A stretch of DNA of 51,217 bases, counting the filler, from Catajapyx aquilonaris (taxonomy: Eukaryota): the NCBI GenBank assembly GCA_000934665.2. It is 3 parts of 3 records of this genome, joined end to end, with 100 filler letters (N's around TTAATTAATTAA, not from the genome) between each part and the next. Parts side by side here need not be neighbours in the genome. Positions count along the whole stretch, not along the records: positions 1 to 16,987 come from JYFJ02007060.1; 2 more parts are not named here. One strand, 5' to 3'. The notes below the pieces were generated by a model. The model saw nothing but the letters and a program-made list of their open reading frames with translations. It was not told where the DNA came from and searched no databases. Made by a program: the position numbers and the translations under genes. Shown piece by piece: positions 1 through 10,590 of the stretch; position 1 is the first letter of the stretch, and each line of letters opens with the position of its first letter.

Positions 1-2
1 CG

Positions 3-860
3 GTCATAGACTACTACTCCAAATATGTTGAGCTGGAGAGGCTGCCGTCCCTTCAGTCAGCCCCCGTGATCACCCGCATGAAGGCGCTCTGGGCCCGGCA
101 CGGCGTGCCGCAGGAGGTGGTGACGGATGGGGGCCCCCCATTCAACGGTGCGGACTTCCGGGCCTTCGCGGCTGCGTGGCGCTTCTCCCACGTCGTGACG
201 AGCCCGCACTACCCCCAGTCCAATGGGCAGGCGGAGATGTCAGTGCAGACGGCGAAGAATTTCCTGGTGAAGTCTCTGGAGGACGGCTCTGACCAGTTTG
301 ACATCCTCCTCACCATCCGCACGACGCCGGTTCCGGGTTCCAGGTGGACGCCCTCCCAGTTGCTGATGGGGCGGGAGATCCAGTCCCACCTTCCCCGCCT
401 ACCCAGAGACCCTTCCCCGGTTCCCCCGTCTCTTTACAGGTCGGAGAGAGAGCAGTACCAGGCTCGATGGGCCGCCGGGTCGGCGCACCGTCCGATACGC
501 CCGCCACTACCGGAGGGGGCAGCGGTGCGGGTCCGGGCGGAGGGTCGGGAATGGCTGCCGGCCGCGGTGGTCCGGCCGGGCCAGACGCCCCGGTCGTACG
601 AGGTTCGGACGCCGGCGGGGACGCATCTGCGACGGACCAGCTACCATCTACGCCCTGCCGAGGTGCAGCAGAGTTCGGCACCGTCACCGGGGCCGTCGCC
701 GCCGGCGACTCCGTTCCGGCCGCCGGGGGACCAGGCGGGTCCCTCCCCTCGGGCGGATGATCTGCCGTCCCCAACGCTCCCGGGGCCAGAGGGGCAGCAG
801 GGCCCCCGTTGTACGCGCCGGGGGCGTCTGGTGGTGGTGCCGCGCAGGCTCCTGGACTGA
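3..860 (+). mobile_element. Ty3/gypsy LTR retrotransposon pol C-terminus (integrase core plus GPY/F-like tail), 5'-truncated by the window edge
   Basis: The frame is open from base 3. VIDYYSK, VTDGGPPF and YPQSNGQAE give the integrase D,D35E triad. It continues with TTP..TPSQLLMGR and W.PA.V...TPRSYEV, typical of gypsy integrase C-termini. Confidence 0.92.
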
Positions 861-951
861 GGGTCCTTTCGTCGGGACCGGCGGTGGCGCGGGGCGGACG
901 CCGGCGACGAAGAAGAAGAAGGAAGAAGAAGAAAAAAAAAAAAGAGGAACA

Positions 952-1250
952 TGTTGTAGTACGATAATAATCGGACTGTTTCCAGCACTGGTGATCTCGT
1001 GGGATTTCCCCCCTCACCGAGGCCGGCCAGTGGGGCGCTCGGGATGCTACACACGGTGGTGCAATCCTCCTCCTCCTCTCCCCACCTGAGGTGAGACCTC
1101 TCCCTGGGCCCACGAGATCACCAGTGCAAGCCAGGCCTCTATAGCCTTTGCATGTATACAAGAGTTGATCCAATACAGAGTGCTCGTAAACCTATACTTG
1201 TGTTATTAGTCTCATCAAGTCCTTATGTGCTAGTGGCATAGCACATAACA
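952..1250 (+). mobile_element. 3' LTR of the gypsy element (~299 bp), preceded by a polypurine tract at ~908-949
   Basis: A purine tract (GAAGAAG..AAAAAAAGAGGAA) is followed by TGTTGT at 952. The segment ends ATAACA at 1250 (TG..CA, imperfect terminal inverted repeat), and AT-rich host-like sequence follows. Confidence 0.7.
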
Positions 1251-1736
1251 ATAAGTATCTAAATAATCGGTGTAATCAAAGATAACTTTTTTTGCTTTAC
1301 CCCATTAGATGGAACGGGCACTTTTAAGGGGTTGGATTACCACCGTCTGAATCGATTTTTCCGTTTTCTTCAGACTCCGTGCAGGGCCATTAAGGATATA
1401 GGGTAAGGATCTTTAGAATAAGGAAATTCTCCCTGGAATCATATCCATTTAAATGGGAAAAATGAAATATATTTTTAATTGAATGTTGCATGTTACATGC
1501 CATGTTGATCTTGTGCTGTGTATTATTGTATAGGTGTGTTCGGAAGTTCCTCTGCTCTCATGCACCTTTCTTTGGTCACGTCATCTGCATACCTCGTTGA
1601 ATCGAAGGGTGCATTATGAAGCGCCAAGGTGAATATTGCTATACAGGTATATTATCCCTTGTTGGTGTCATACTTATTTTAAACTTAAGGTATAACTTGC
1701 ACTGACAAAGTACCAAGCAAAGTACCCAGTGATTAA

Positions 1737-3692
1737 TTAACCAGAAATATCACACTGTGTGTCATTCAGAGAAATCATGAGTGGTGCCTGGAGCAACAAA
1801 CTACCAGTGGAGTTTCCGTATTTCCTGCAAAGAAATTTAAATGTAATTATGAGGGTAATTGAGTAACCGTAAACGACCTTACCTGATTCCGTCCTCGTTG
1901 GTGACTTCCATGCAAGTTATTTGCACCGGAAAACTAAAGAGCGGCATGATTGTTGCGGTGACTGTTTGACCAGAACCGAAATCCATGGGAGCATAGTTTC
2001 CAACCGTGACATGCACCGACGTCTGACTAATGCTCCTGCAACAATTCAATCAGGACATGCCGCACTGTTGGATACTACCAGTACACTTACAGAGTCGGAT
2101 ACGTCATAGGTCCTGTATTCTGCTGTCCATCCGAAAGTGAAATGTTTAGCACCATTGTTGCCACCAGCAGCGAGACCCTAATCCTGATCCGAAACTGGCT
2201 GCCTGTAATACCCTTATGATGTCATCTCGTGCTCGTTTGTATGTGAGACAATACTATCTTCTTACCACAGGAAGGGGCAGGAACAAACCCCTTTGTCATC
2301 AGGAACTGGACACCAGTGGCTTTGGTGCTGGCAGAGGGTTCGCCCATCAGGCCAGAGTTGGAAGTGTTCCCGAAGAAGTCCCCTTGTTCCTGGTACCTCC
2401 AGAAAGGAGTTCCTTCAGGTACATTGAACGATCTGAACCCACACTTGGAGTTGATGCTCTCCAAGAAGTACCATGCTGATGCTACGTGACTGTTCATCGG
2501 ATTCCCTGTGAATCATCATAATTATGCGGTCATTCATTGCAGGGTAATACTTGTAGTACGTATTGAGATTACAAAGAGTTGTAATATTATCAAAGCCTGC
2601 CTGGTTGAAACTGTCCACCGTTGGGATAGTAATCCACAGTCCCATAAGGATCCATACAACCGATTTGAAGAGAGGTGATGTTCCCTGCATTGGTGTGAAT
2701 AATCATGGAGTACTTGGTGTCACTTGGATTCAGCATGTATCCGGCACCAAACTGCCTCTTGTAGCAATTTAATGGGCCTGGAGGATCTAATGCTGCAAAA
2801 ATAATAATCATAAACAGGGTTCAGAAGTTCGTCTGAAACACCCTACCTGTAAGTCGACCAATAGTGATGTTGAACCTGATCTTGAGGTACCTCACGACAA
2901 ATCCAGTCATCCAGCCTCCCATGCTCAGTCCAATCAAATGGATGATATCCGGATTGGTCCCTCTTTCTGTGCACATGCTGATGAAGTATGCCACTCTGCG
3001 ACCGACCAACTCGACTTGAGGGATTATGTTAAGAAGATTGTAATCCATTTCTGGCCTTAAATATCCCACTCGGATGACGTTGACAAATGGGTACTGAAAA
3101 GTGATTATTATTAATACCAAATAACTAAACACAACAGATCTACTGACTTTGATGAAATAAGCGGCCTGGATAGGAGGACCGAAACCCACATCTGCAGTTT
3201 CTGAAAACCCGTGCAGGTACACTATTGTATGGGACGAGGCGTTGTAGTTGGACTGGGTCAGTTGGGTCATGTTGTCAAAGGTCAGGTTCTGCGGGTTGTT
3301 GGGGTCGGCCGAGTTGGTCAGGATGAAGCCTGTCTCTGCGTAGTTGCAATCAGGTAGGCCTAGACAGTAGCAGGTTCCATTGCAGTCGTTGAAGCTGCCC
3401 ACCTTCTCACCTGAGGTCATTGAGAGGAGTTATATTTGCAACAATTTACATCAGACATGGTGCACATACCACAGTCGACTTGTCTGGATGTGCCAGTTGG
3501 CGTGATCAATGAAGCTGGGCAAAATTGTTCCATGTCCACTAGTGCTTGTATTAGCCCAGTTGCATTCAGTTGGGTATTACCTGGATGGGCTACAGAGCAA
3601 TATAATTAACATTTCCATCATAGATGCAAAAGAACGCAAATAGCATACTTACCAGTTACAATGAGCAGAAGTACTTGGAGAAGAGGCTTCAT
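1737..3692 (-). CDS. Secreted pancreatic-lipase/phospholipase A1-like protein, copy A (9 exons, ~484 aa, apparently intact)
   Basis: Exons: 3692-3653, 3589-3470, 3410-3148, 3093-2847, 2792-2601, 2505-2266, 2202-2091, 2035-1883, 1824-1737. All phases are compatible; intron 5 needs a GC donor. Signal peptide MKPLLQVLLLIVT, then HGF, IHLIGLSMGG (Ser), RLTALDP (Asp), VDYYPNGGQFQPG, NSH..AWYFLES (His), and a beta-rich C-terminal extension. Confidence 0.88.
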
Positions 3693-4151
3693 CGTAGGCC
3701 AATGTGATTGTCAGAAATGGTTAAATTTTGATCCTCGCCCGGGGTATATAGTGTGAATTATGCGGAACAATTTTCCTTATTTTTGATATTAAAAGAGTGA
3801 TAACATGACAGTCCTTTTAATGAGTGCAGGTGCGAGAATCATTGAACCGGCGATAATGTTTTCCTCACCTGCGCTGATACACTATTCCATGTATTCCTGT
3901 TGTGGGAATACCAGGAATATTGCGTCGGCAGGTGAGGCAAATACTACCTGGAATTGAGGCATTCACCAGACCGCATGTAGAGATTCAATATATACCCATC
4001 ACATGTGTGTATCAATATGCGTATCAGTGTTAATTAAGAGAAGGTGACAATTAAGCAAGCAAGTAAGAAGCTGTATTTTGGCACAATTCAGGTAAATGAT
4101 TCGTGTCTAATCCTGCGTAATGTATCAGATTTGCATTATAAGATTCCCCGC

Positions 4152-5410
4152 AGTCGTAAGAAAATACTACCAGTTAGGATGTTTGTCCTGGTTTGGGTTT
4201 ATTTTGCAATGATTACACTATGTAACACTATATATTTGTCCATAGAATATTATTTTTTGTTATTTCCATGTTTCTTAGGTCATAACTCATAATGACCATT
4301 CATTTTGTCTTCGATTTGTTTTTGACCACGGGACAGTCAAAAAACCAAAATCTTCAAGCAGCAGTTTTATCCAATCAAGTGGGACTAAATATTGCTAGAC
4401 CATTTCGGATTTTTCTGAAAATAATCGCCGCTGTACAAACCTATGCCGTAACACTGCATATCAAGTTTCAGCCAAATTGCGAAATTCCGTGGTAAGGGAA
4501 AAAAATCGCGAAACCTTTAAAATTTGGCCCTTTTTGGATAATTTTTTTCGGTTATTGGAAGTGGTCAAAACCCAAGTTACATATAGGGCCTACAGCAAAT
4601 AAGAGAAACGCGAGTGGAATGCGCCCATGGAATTTGTTTTCCCAAATGCAGTCAGAAAAACATGTGTGGCATTTCATCAGTCGCATGTCCAAGAATTTGG
4701 CTCCATTAAAATAATAAATATGTTTGCCGAATTACCATTAATTACTAATGGTAATTTATTATTTTCTAGCGAGCCATCCATGACCCAGAATTGAAACTGA
4801 ATATATTCAATCTTATATATAGGTCACAACTCCTCTCACCAAATATGGCACTCTGATGCAAATATATCACTAATAATTGTTGGGGTCCAAATGACCGATG
4901 GAATGCCATACATGTTTTTCTGAGTGCATATTCGAAAAAAACTAATTCCAAAGGCCCATTCTACTAGCGTTTCCCATTCATTTGATGTGTATGTTGATGG
5001 GGGTTTTGATTACTTCCAATAACCGAAAAATGTATCCAAAAAAGACCCCATTATCAAAACTTCGCGATTTTTTCCCTCCCCACGCAATTTCGCAATTTCG
5101 CTGAAACTTGACATGCAGTGTTACGGCATAGGTGTGTACAGCTGTGATCATTTTCAGAAAAATCCGAGATGGTCTAGCTCTAGCAACATTTAGGCCCACA
5201 TGATGGGGAAAAACGGCTATATTTGAGGATCTTGGTTTTTTGACTGCCCCGAGGTCAAAAACAAATAATCAAAGACAAAATGAATGCCAATATTATGAGT
5301 TACTTTTGACCTAAGGAACAGTTATATGAAGATGAATTTCCATGGACAAAAAAGTCACATTTTGTTGCATAGTGTTATCAACACCTACTATACCGTACCA
5401 GTTGTACCAC
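4152..5410 (+). pseudogene. ~100-bp fragment of the ionotropic receptor M3 region, split by the CMC element
   Basis: 4152-4215 (SRKKILPVRMFVLVWVYFAMI) and 5375-5410 match the reverse complement of ~11268-11364 contiguously. Confidence 0.85.
4216..5374. mobile_element. Non-autonomous CMC (CACTA/Chapaev3-like) DNA transposon with long imperfect inverted arms
   Basis: Termini CACTATGTAACA...TGTTGCATAGTG with a 3-bp TTA duplication, deduced from the interrupted receptor fragment. Segments ~4290-4680 and ~4890-5300 are inverted relative to each other. Confidence 0.85.
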
Positions 5411-5759
5411 AACAGCGCAGCGGTCCCAATTATTATCAGCATCATCAACATATTAGGATGGACAGGATGAACCTGTAGCATTCATGAAAAGACAAGTAGC
5501 ACAAGTAGGACACTGACCGTGACAGATGTTCCCTTAGTCTGAGTCAACTAAATTTTGAAAACGGATCGCACAAGAGGGACACAAGAGCACTGGATATGAG
5601 GCTATAATTATGTGGCTATGAGGCTCGTTTCATTGGCTACTTGGCTGATCCACAGCTGGAGAATTTCCCATCAAATTTCTTAGAACTAATCATATTAAAA
5701 TTCATTTTTCAGAAAGTATGGATCATTTTCCAACCCATTAACACTTACCTTTACGTTAA

Positions 5760-6252
5760 AGGGACACTCTACTCAAAATGCAAGTTGGGCTCTAAAAATC
5801 GGGCAAAAAATCCTGATTCCGAAGGTGCAATCGGTTTTTTTCTACGCGGAACAGAAAAGCCAGGACGAGGGGTTAAAGACTCAAAATTTCCATCGTCTGC
5901 TAATGAGCTGCCCCGCCAGCCCAGTCCGCCACCGCCGTGAGCGCCGCCACCGGGCACTAGGCGAAAGTGATTTAGTGCTGAAAGTCGGGTCGGGTCAAGA
6001 GGGTTGTCAAGAGGTGGCGGGATGAACCTGTGGCGCGGACCATGGCGTGGATCAAGATGGCGCAAGAACATCCCAATTTCTGCCCAGTCCCGGTGGAAGC
6101 TCTGCTGTTTTGCGGCAGATTCGAATTGCCGAACTTTTACGGCTCGCCCTGGCCTTACCGTTCGTCTCTCAGAAAAACTGCTTATACACTCGGAATCAGA
6201 ATTTTTTGCCCGATTTTTAGAGCCCAACTTGCATTTTGAGTGGAGTGTCCCT
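5760..6252. mobile_element. Palindromic MITE, Kolobok-type
   Basis: TTAA on both sides, termini AGGGACACTC...GAGTGTCCCT, ~60-bp near-perfect TIRs, non-coding. Confidence 0.8.
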
Positions 6253-6805
6253 TTAAGTAACACACCTTCAACCTTGTTACTGAGAGGAATGTTGTTCTTA
6301 TCAACATAATTTTATCAACTGTAGTAAAGACCTACGAATTGAATTCTATTTGCAGATAAATTGACAATCTGTACTAACATTTGCTAAACCCTCTCATAGG
6401 TGTCCCATGTATATAAAATGTCTATAAATAATCCATCCATAACACAACAGTAGCTCTTCTGGCTCAGGATGGCACAAGAATTGTGCCAAAATACACTTCT
6501 TACTTGCTTGCTTAATTATCACTTTCTCTGCATTAACACTGATAAGCATATTGATACGCATATGTGATGGGTATATTGAATCACTACATGTGGTCTGGTG
6601 AATGCCTCAATTCCGGGTATTGCCTCACCTGCCGACGCAATGTTCCTTGAATGCCCATAACAGGAATACCAGAAATAGTATATCGGCATGTGAGGCAAAA
6701 ACTATCAGAGAACAATGATTCTCGCATCTGCACTCATTAAAAGGACTGTCATGATATCACTTTTTTGATATCAAAAAAAGGAAAATTGTTCCGCATAATT
6801 CACAC

Positions 6806-6846
6806 TATAAAGCCTACCCCGGGTGAGGATAAAATTCTAACCATTT
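6806..6846 (+). promoter_or_regulatory. Putative TATA box and initiator of lipase B (mirror-copy TATATA at 3745-3750 for lipase A)
   Basis: TATAAA at 6806, an Inr-like CCATTT about 35 bp downstream, and ATG at 6869. The arrangement is kept in both arms. Confidence 0.5.
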
Positions 6847-6868
6847 CTGACGAACACATTGGCGCACG

Positions 6869-8812
6869 ATGAAGCCTCTTCTCCAAGTACTTCTGCTCAT
6901 TGTAACTGGTAAGTATGTCATTTGCACTCTTTTGCATCTATAATGGAAATGTGAATAATATTTCTCTGTAGCCCATCCAGGTAATACCCAACTGAATGCA
7001 ACTAGGCTAATACAAGCACTAGTGGACATGGAACAATTTTGCCCAGCTTCATTGATCACACCAACTGGCACATCCAGACAAGTCAACTGTGGTATGTGCA
7101 CCATGTCTGACGTAAATTGTTGCAAATACAAGTCCTCTCAATGACCCCAGGTGAGAAGGTGGGCACCTTCAATGACTGCAATGGAACCTGCTACTGTATA
7201 GGCCTACCTGATTGCAACTACGCAGAGACAGGCTTCATCCTGACCAACTCGGCCGACCCCAACAACCCGCAGAACCTGACCTTTGACGACATGACCCAAC
7301 TGACCCAGTCCAACTACAACGCCTCGTCCCCTACAATAGTGCACCTGCACGGGTATGCAGAAACTGCAGATTTGGGTTTCGGTCCTCCTATCCAGGCCGC
7401 TTATTTCATCAAAGTCAGTAGATCTGTTGTGTTTAGTTATTTGGTATTAATAATCACTTTTCAGTACCCATTTGTCAACGTCATCCGAGTGGGATATTTA
7501 AGGCCAGAAATGGATTACAATCTTCTTAACATAATCCCTCAAGTCGAGTTGGTCGGTCGCAGAGTCGCATACTTCATCAGCATGTGCACAGAAAGAGGGA
7601 CCAATCCGGATGACATCCATTTGATAGGTTTTAGTTTGGGAGGCTGGATGACTGGATTTGTCGTGAGGTACCTCAAGATCAGGTTCAACATCACTATTGG
7701 CCGACTTACAGGTAGGGTGTTTCAGGCGAACTTTGAACCCTGGTGCTTATGGTTATTATTTCTGCAGCATTAGATCCCATGGGCATATTCAATTGCTACC
7801 AGAGGTAGTTTGGTGCCGGATACATGCTGAATCCAAGTGACACCAAGTACTCCATGATTATTCACACCAATGGAGGGAACATCACTCTTCAAATCGGTTG
7901 TATGGACCCCTACGGGACTGTGGATTACTATCCCAACGGCGGACAGTTTCAACCAGGCAGGCTTTGATAATATTGCAACTCTTTGTAATCTCAATACGTA
8001 CTGTAACACTGCAATGAATGACCACGTATGATTCACAGGGAATCCGCTGGACAGTCACGGAGCAGCACCAAGGTACTTCATAGAGAGCATCAACTCCAAG
8101 TGTGGGTTCAGGTCGTTCAATGTTCCTGAAGGAACTCCTTTCTGGAGGTACCAGGAACAAGGGGACTTCTTCGGGAACACTTCCAACTCTGGCCTGATGG
8201 GCGAACCCTCTGCCAGCACCAAAGCCACTGGTGTCCAGTTCCTGATGACAAAGGGGGTTGATCCTGCCCTTGTTCCTGCCTGTGGTAAGTATTGTTTCAC
8301 ATATACAACCGAGCATGAGGTAATTCATCAAGGTATTACAGGCAGCCAGTTTCGGATCAGAATTAGGGTCTCGCTGCTGGTGGCAACAATGGTGCTAAAC
8401 ATATCACTTTCTAATGGACAGCAGAATACAGGACCTATGACGTATCCGACTCTGTAAGTTCACTTGTAGTTTCCAACAGTGCGGCATGTCCTGATTGAAT
8501 AATTGTTGCAGGAGCATTAGTCAGACGTCGGTGCATGTCACGGTTGGCAACTATGCTCCCATGGATTTCGGTCCTGGTGAAACAGTCACCGCAACAATTG
8601 TACCTATCTTTAGTTTTCCGGTGCAAATAACTTGCATGGAAGTCACCAACGAGGACGGAATCAGGTAAGGCCGATTGCGGTTACTCAATATTACTCTCAT
8701 AATTACATTTAAATTTCTTTGCAGAAAATACGGAAACTCCAATGGTGTTTGGTTGCTCCAGGCACCACTCATAATTTCTCTGAATGACACACAGTGTGAT
8801 ATTTCTGGTTAG
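6869..8812 (+). pseudogene. Pancreatic-lipase-like copy B (9 exons) with an in-frame TAG at 7806-7808
   Basis: Exons: 6869-6908, 6972-7091, 7151-7413, 7465-7711, 7768-7956, 8039-8284, 8342-8453, 8512-8664, 8725-8812. Motifs GFSLGG, ALDP and DSH are present. The codon that is CAG (Gln) in copy A is TAG here, upstream of the catalytic His. Confidence 0.8.
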
Positions 8813-9532
8813 TTAATCCACGTCACTGGGTACTTTGTCAGTGCAAGTTATATGTCGAATATTTAAAAGTTTCAAAACAGTATGACACCAACAAGGGACA
8901 GTATAGCAATTGACCTTGGCGCTCCATATGCTTCACTCTGGCCACCCTGATGACAATATATCATGTCATGTCACGTCATTTAAACCCTTCTTACTTAAGA
9001 AAACTATACGTCAGTGTGTCAGTCAGGGCTGGTAAATTGGCTTAATGCACATGAATTTTAGTGTAAATTCCATGAATTGTATAGAAGTCCATGGGAATCA
9101 GTAGCGGTTGTATTAAAATTAGATGATCAAACACTGGTTTCATTCTCCCCGACACTTTCTTTTGACGACCTTTCACCAGCCTCCCGCAACTCAAGTTCCT
9201 TTCAAATCACACCTGATGACTAAAATAACCAATGTCGAGGCCACATCTGCAGGTTTGTCACAATGTAACTCTCGGCAGCAGTGAAGCACCACATATTTTA
9301 TGGGCACCAGCAAATGTATAAATGATAGTCCACCTCAATGTATGTGTTCAGAACTGTTCAGAAGCATTTGTGGTATGACGTTGATCATTGCAGCAGAAAT
9401 TCTGTCACGTAAGTCTTCCAGATTACACACTAATGTAAAGGGGGTGGAGTTTTCGTCGTACTACTAGTTACTGCTAACTTAGCAATACCGTTGCATTACA
9501 CTGGCACTGCATTAGCGCAAGTGCTTCCCAAC

Positions 9533-9673
9533 CTGTGTAACCTTCTGAAGGGAGACCTAGAAACGGAGTGTCCCTTTGGTGGTGAGTCACGACGTGGATG
9601 GTGCGTTTCCCAGGGACGTCCTGAGACACGTGGCCACACTTGGACGGCCCTCAATCGTCTCCAGATCCCCATG
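9533..9673 (+). pseudogene. Degenerate inverted fragment of the ionotropic receptor N-terminal coding region
   Basis: NLLKGDLETECP etc. aligns, with indels, to the reverse complement of ~12295-12440. Confidence 0.8.
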
Positions 9674-9785
9674 ACCCCATCCCACCCTCCCTCCGTCAAA
9701 ACCCAATCAACATATACATCAAATGAAAGAGAAACGTGAAGCAGCTGCTTGCAACGACCCTGATAGATGGTACGCCATATATACA

Positions 9786-10170
9786 AGTTTTTACATTGAG
9801 AGAACTTCGTCGATAAATTAGTGATTTTAATGGATAAGTAAGTAGGCCCTAAGTAGGCTACTCTTCCGAAGACTAACACAGAAAGAAAAACCATTAAATT
9901 CCTGTCATTTCCACTCCGAACAAAATACACCCGGTCTAATGCATTTCCACTCTGTGCCAAACTCGTAGGAAAATAAGTGAAGTGCCTTCAGTTGATAGTG
10001 CGCAGATTCAATAATTAATTGTTTCCTGTCTTATAAGTTCATTAATAAACACTCACTAGCTATCTAGCTGTTTTATCTGTAAATTTTTTGTTGCTGTCTC
10101 TTCCGAGATACATTCAGAAGCTGTACCATTTTTTCGGTACTCTCAACGAATTCCATACAGATTCTATGTG
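9786..10170. repeat. Diverged direct copy of the receptor 5' flank (~12652-12870 and ~13900-14010)
   Basis: Shared blocks in the same order: GTCGATAAATTAG(T/C)GATTTTAAT, AGTAGGCCCTAAGT, GTCTAAT, GATTCAATAAT, GATACAT, GAATT.CAT..AGATT. Confidence 0.7.
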
Positions 10171-10590
10171 TTTAATGTCTGTATATTCAGTTTCATAAAA
10201 CCACACCTAATATTTTCTGATACATAAGGCCATTCGTTGAGGGAATGAAGCGAACCGGGTCAAAAATGATGAAACAATTTTAATTTTGTCATTACAACAT
10301 GTAACAATATATTGGCACGTTTTATTATACTTGTACAGTACATACAAGATTTATGGGAACAGTACACTGGTTGCTGACATCACAGTCACACCTATAACTT
10401 ATTTTATCAACATCAATAGAACTTCAAAGCAAAAACACCTCACCGCCAAAGATATAATGATGCATAATTTATTATTAATCATATTTATCATTTGACGCTA
10501 CGTATACTACTGATGTATTCGCATTATGCGACGTATAGGATTTTTACCCGCTTATTGTTATAAAGTGACAATATCTTCATACTTGTGTCT

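Larger units (their letters stand above)
1615..8927. repeat. Inverted segmental duplication: arms ~1615-4089 and ~6478-8927 with a ~2.4-kb spacer
   Basis: Exons, introns, 5' flanks (e.g. AAGCAAGCAAGTAAGAAG / CTTCTTACTTGCTTGCTT) and 3' flanks are reverse complements of each other. Confidence 0.95.

Noticed and set aside
310..1173. Long antisense and alternative-frame ORFs over the integrase
   Set aside because: Shadow ORFs of GC-rich retroelement sequence with no motifs of their own.
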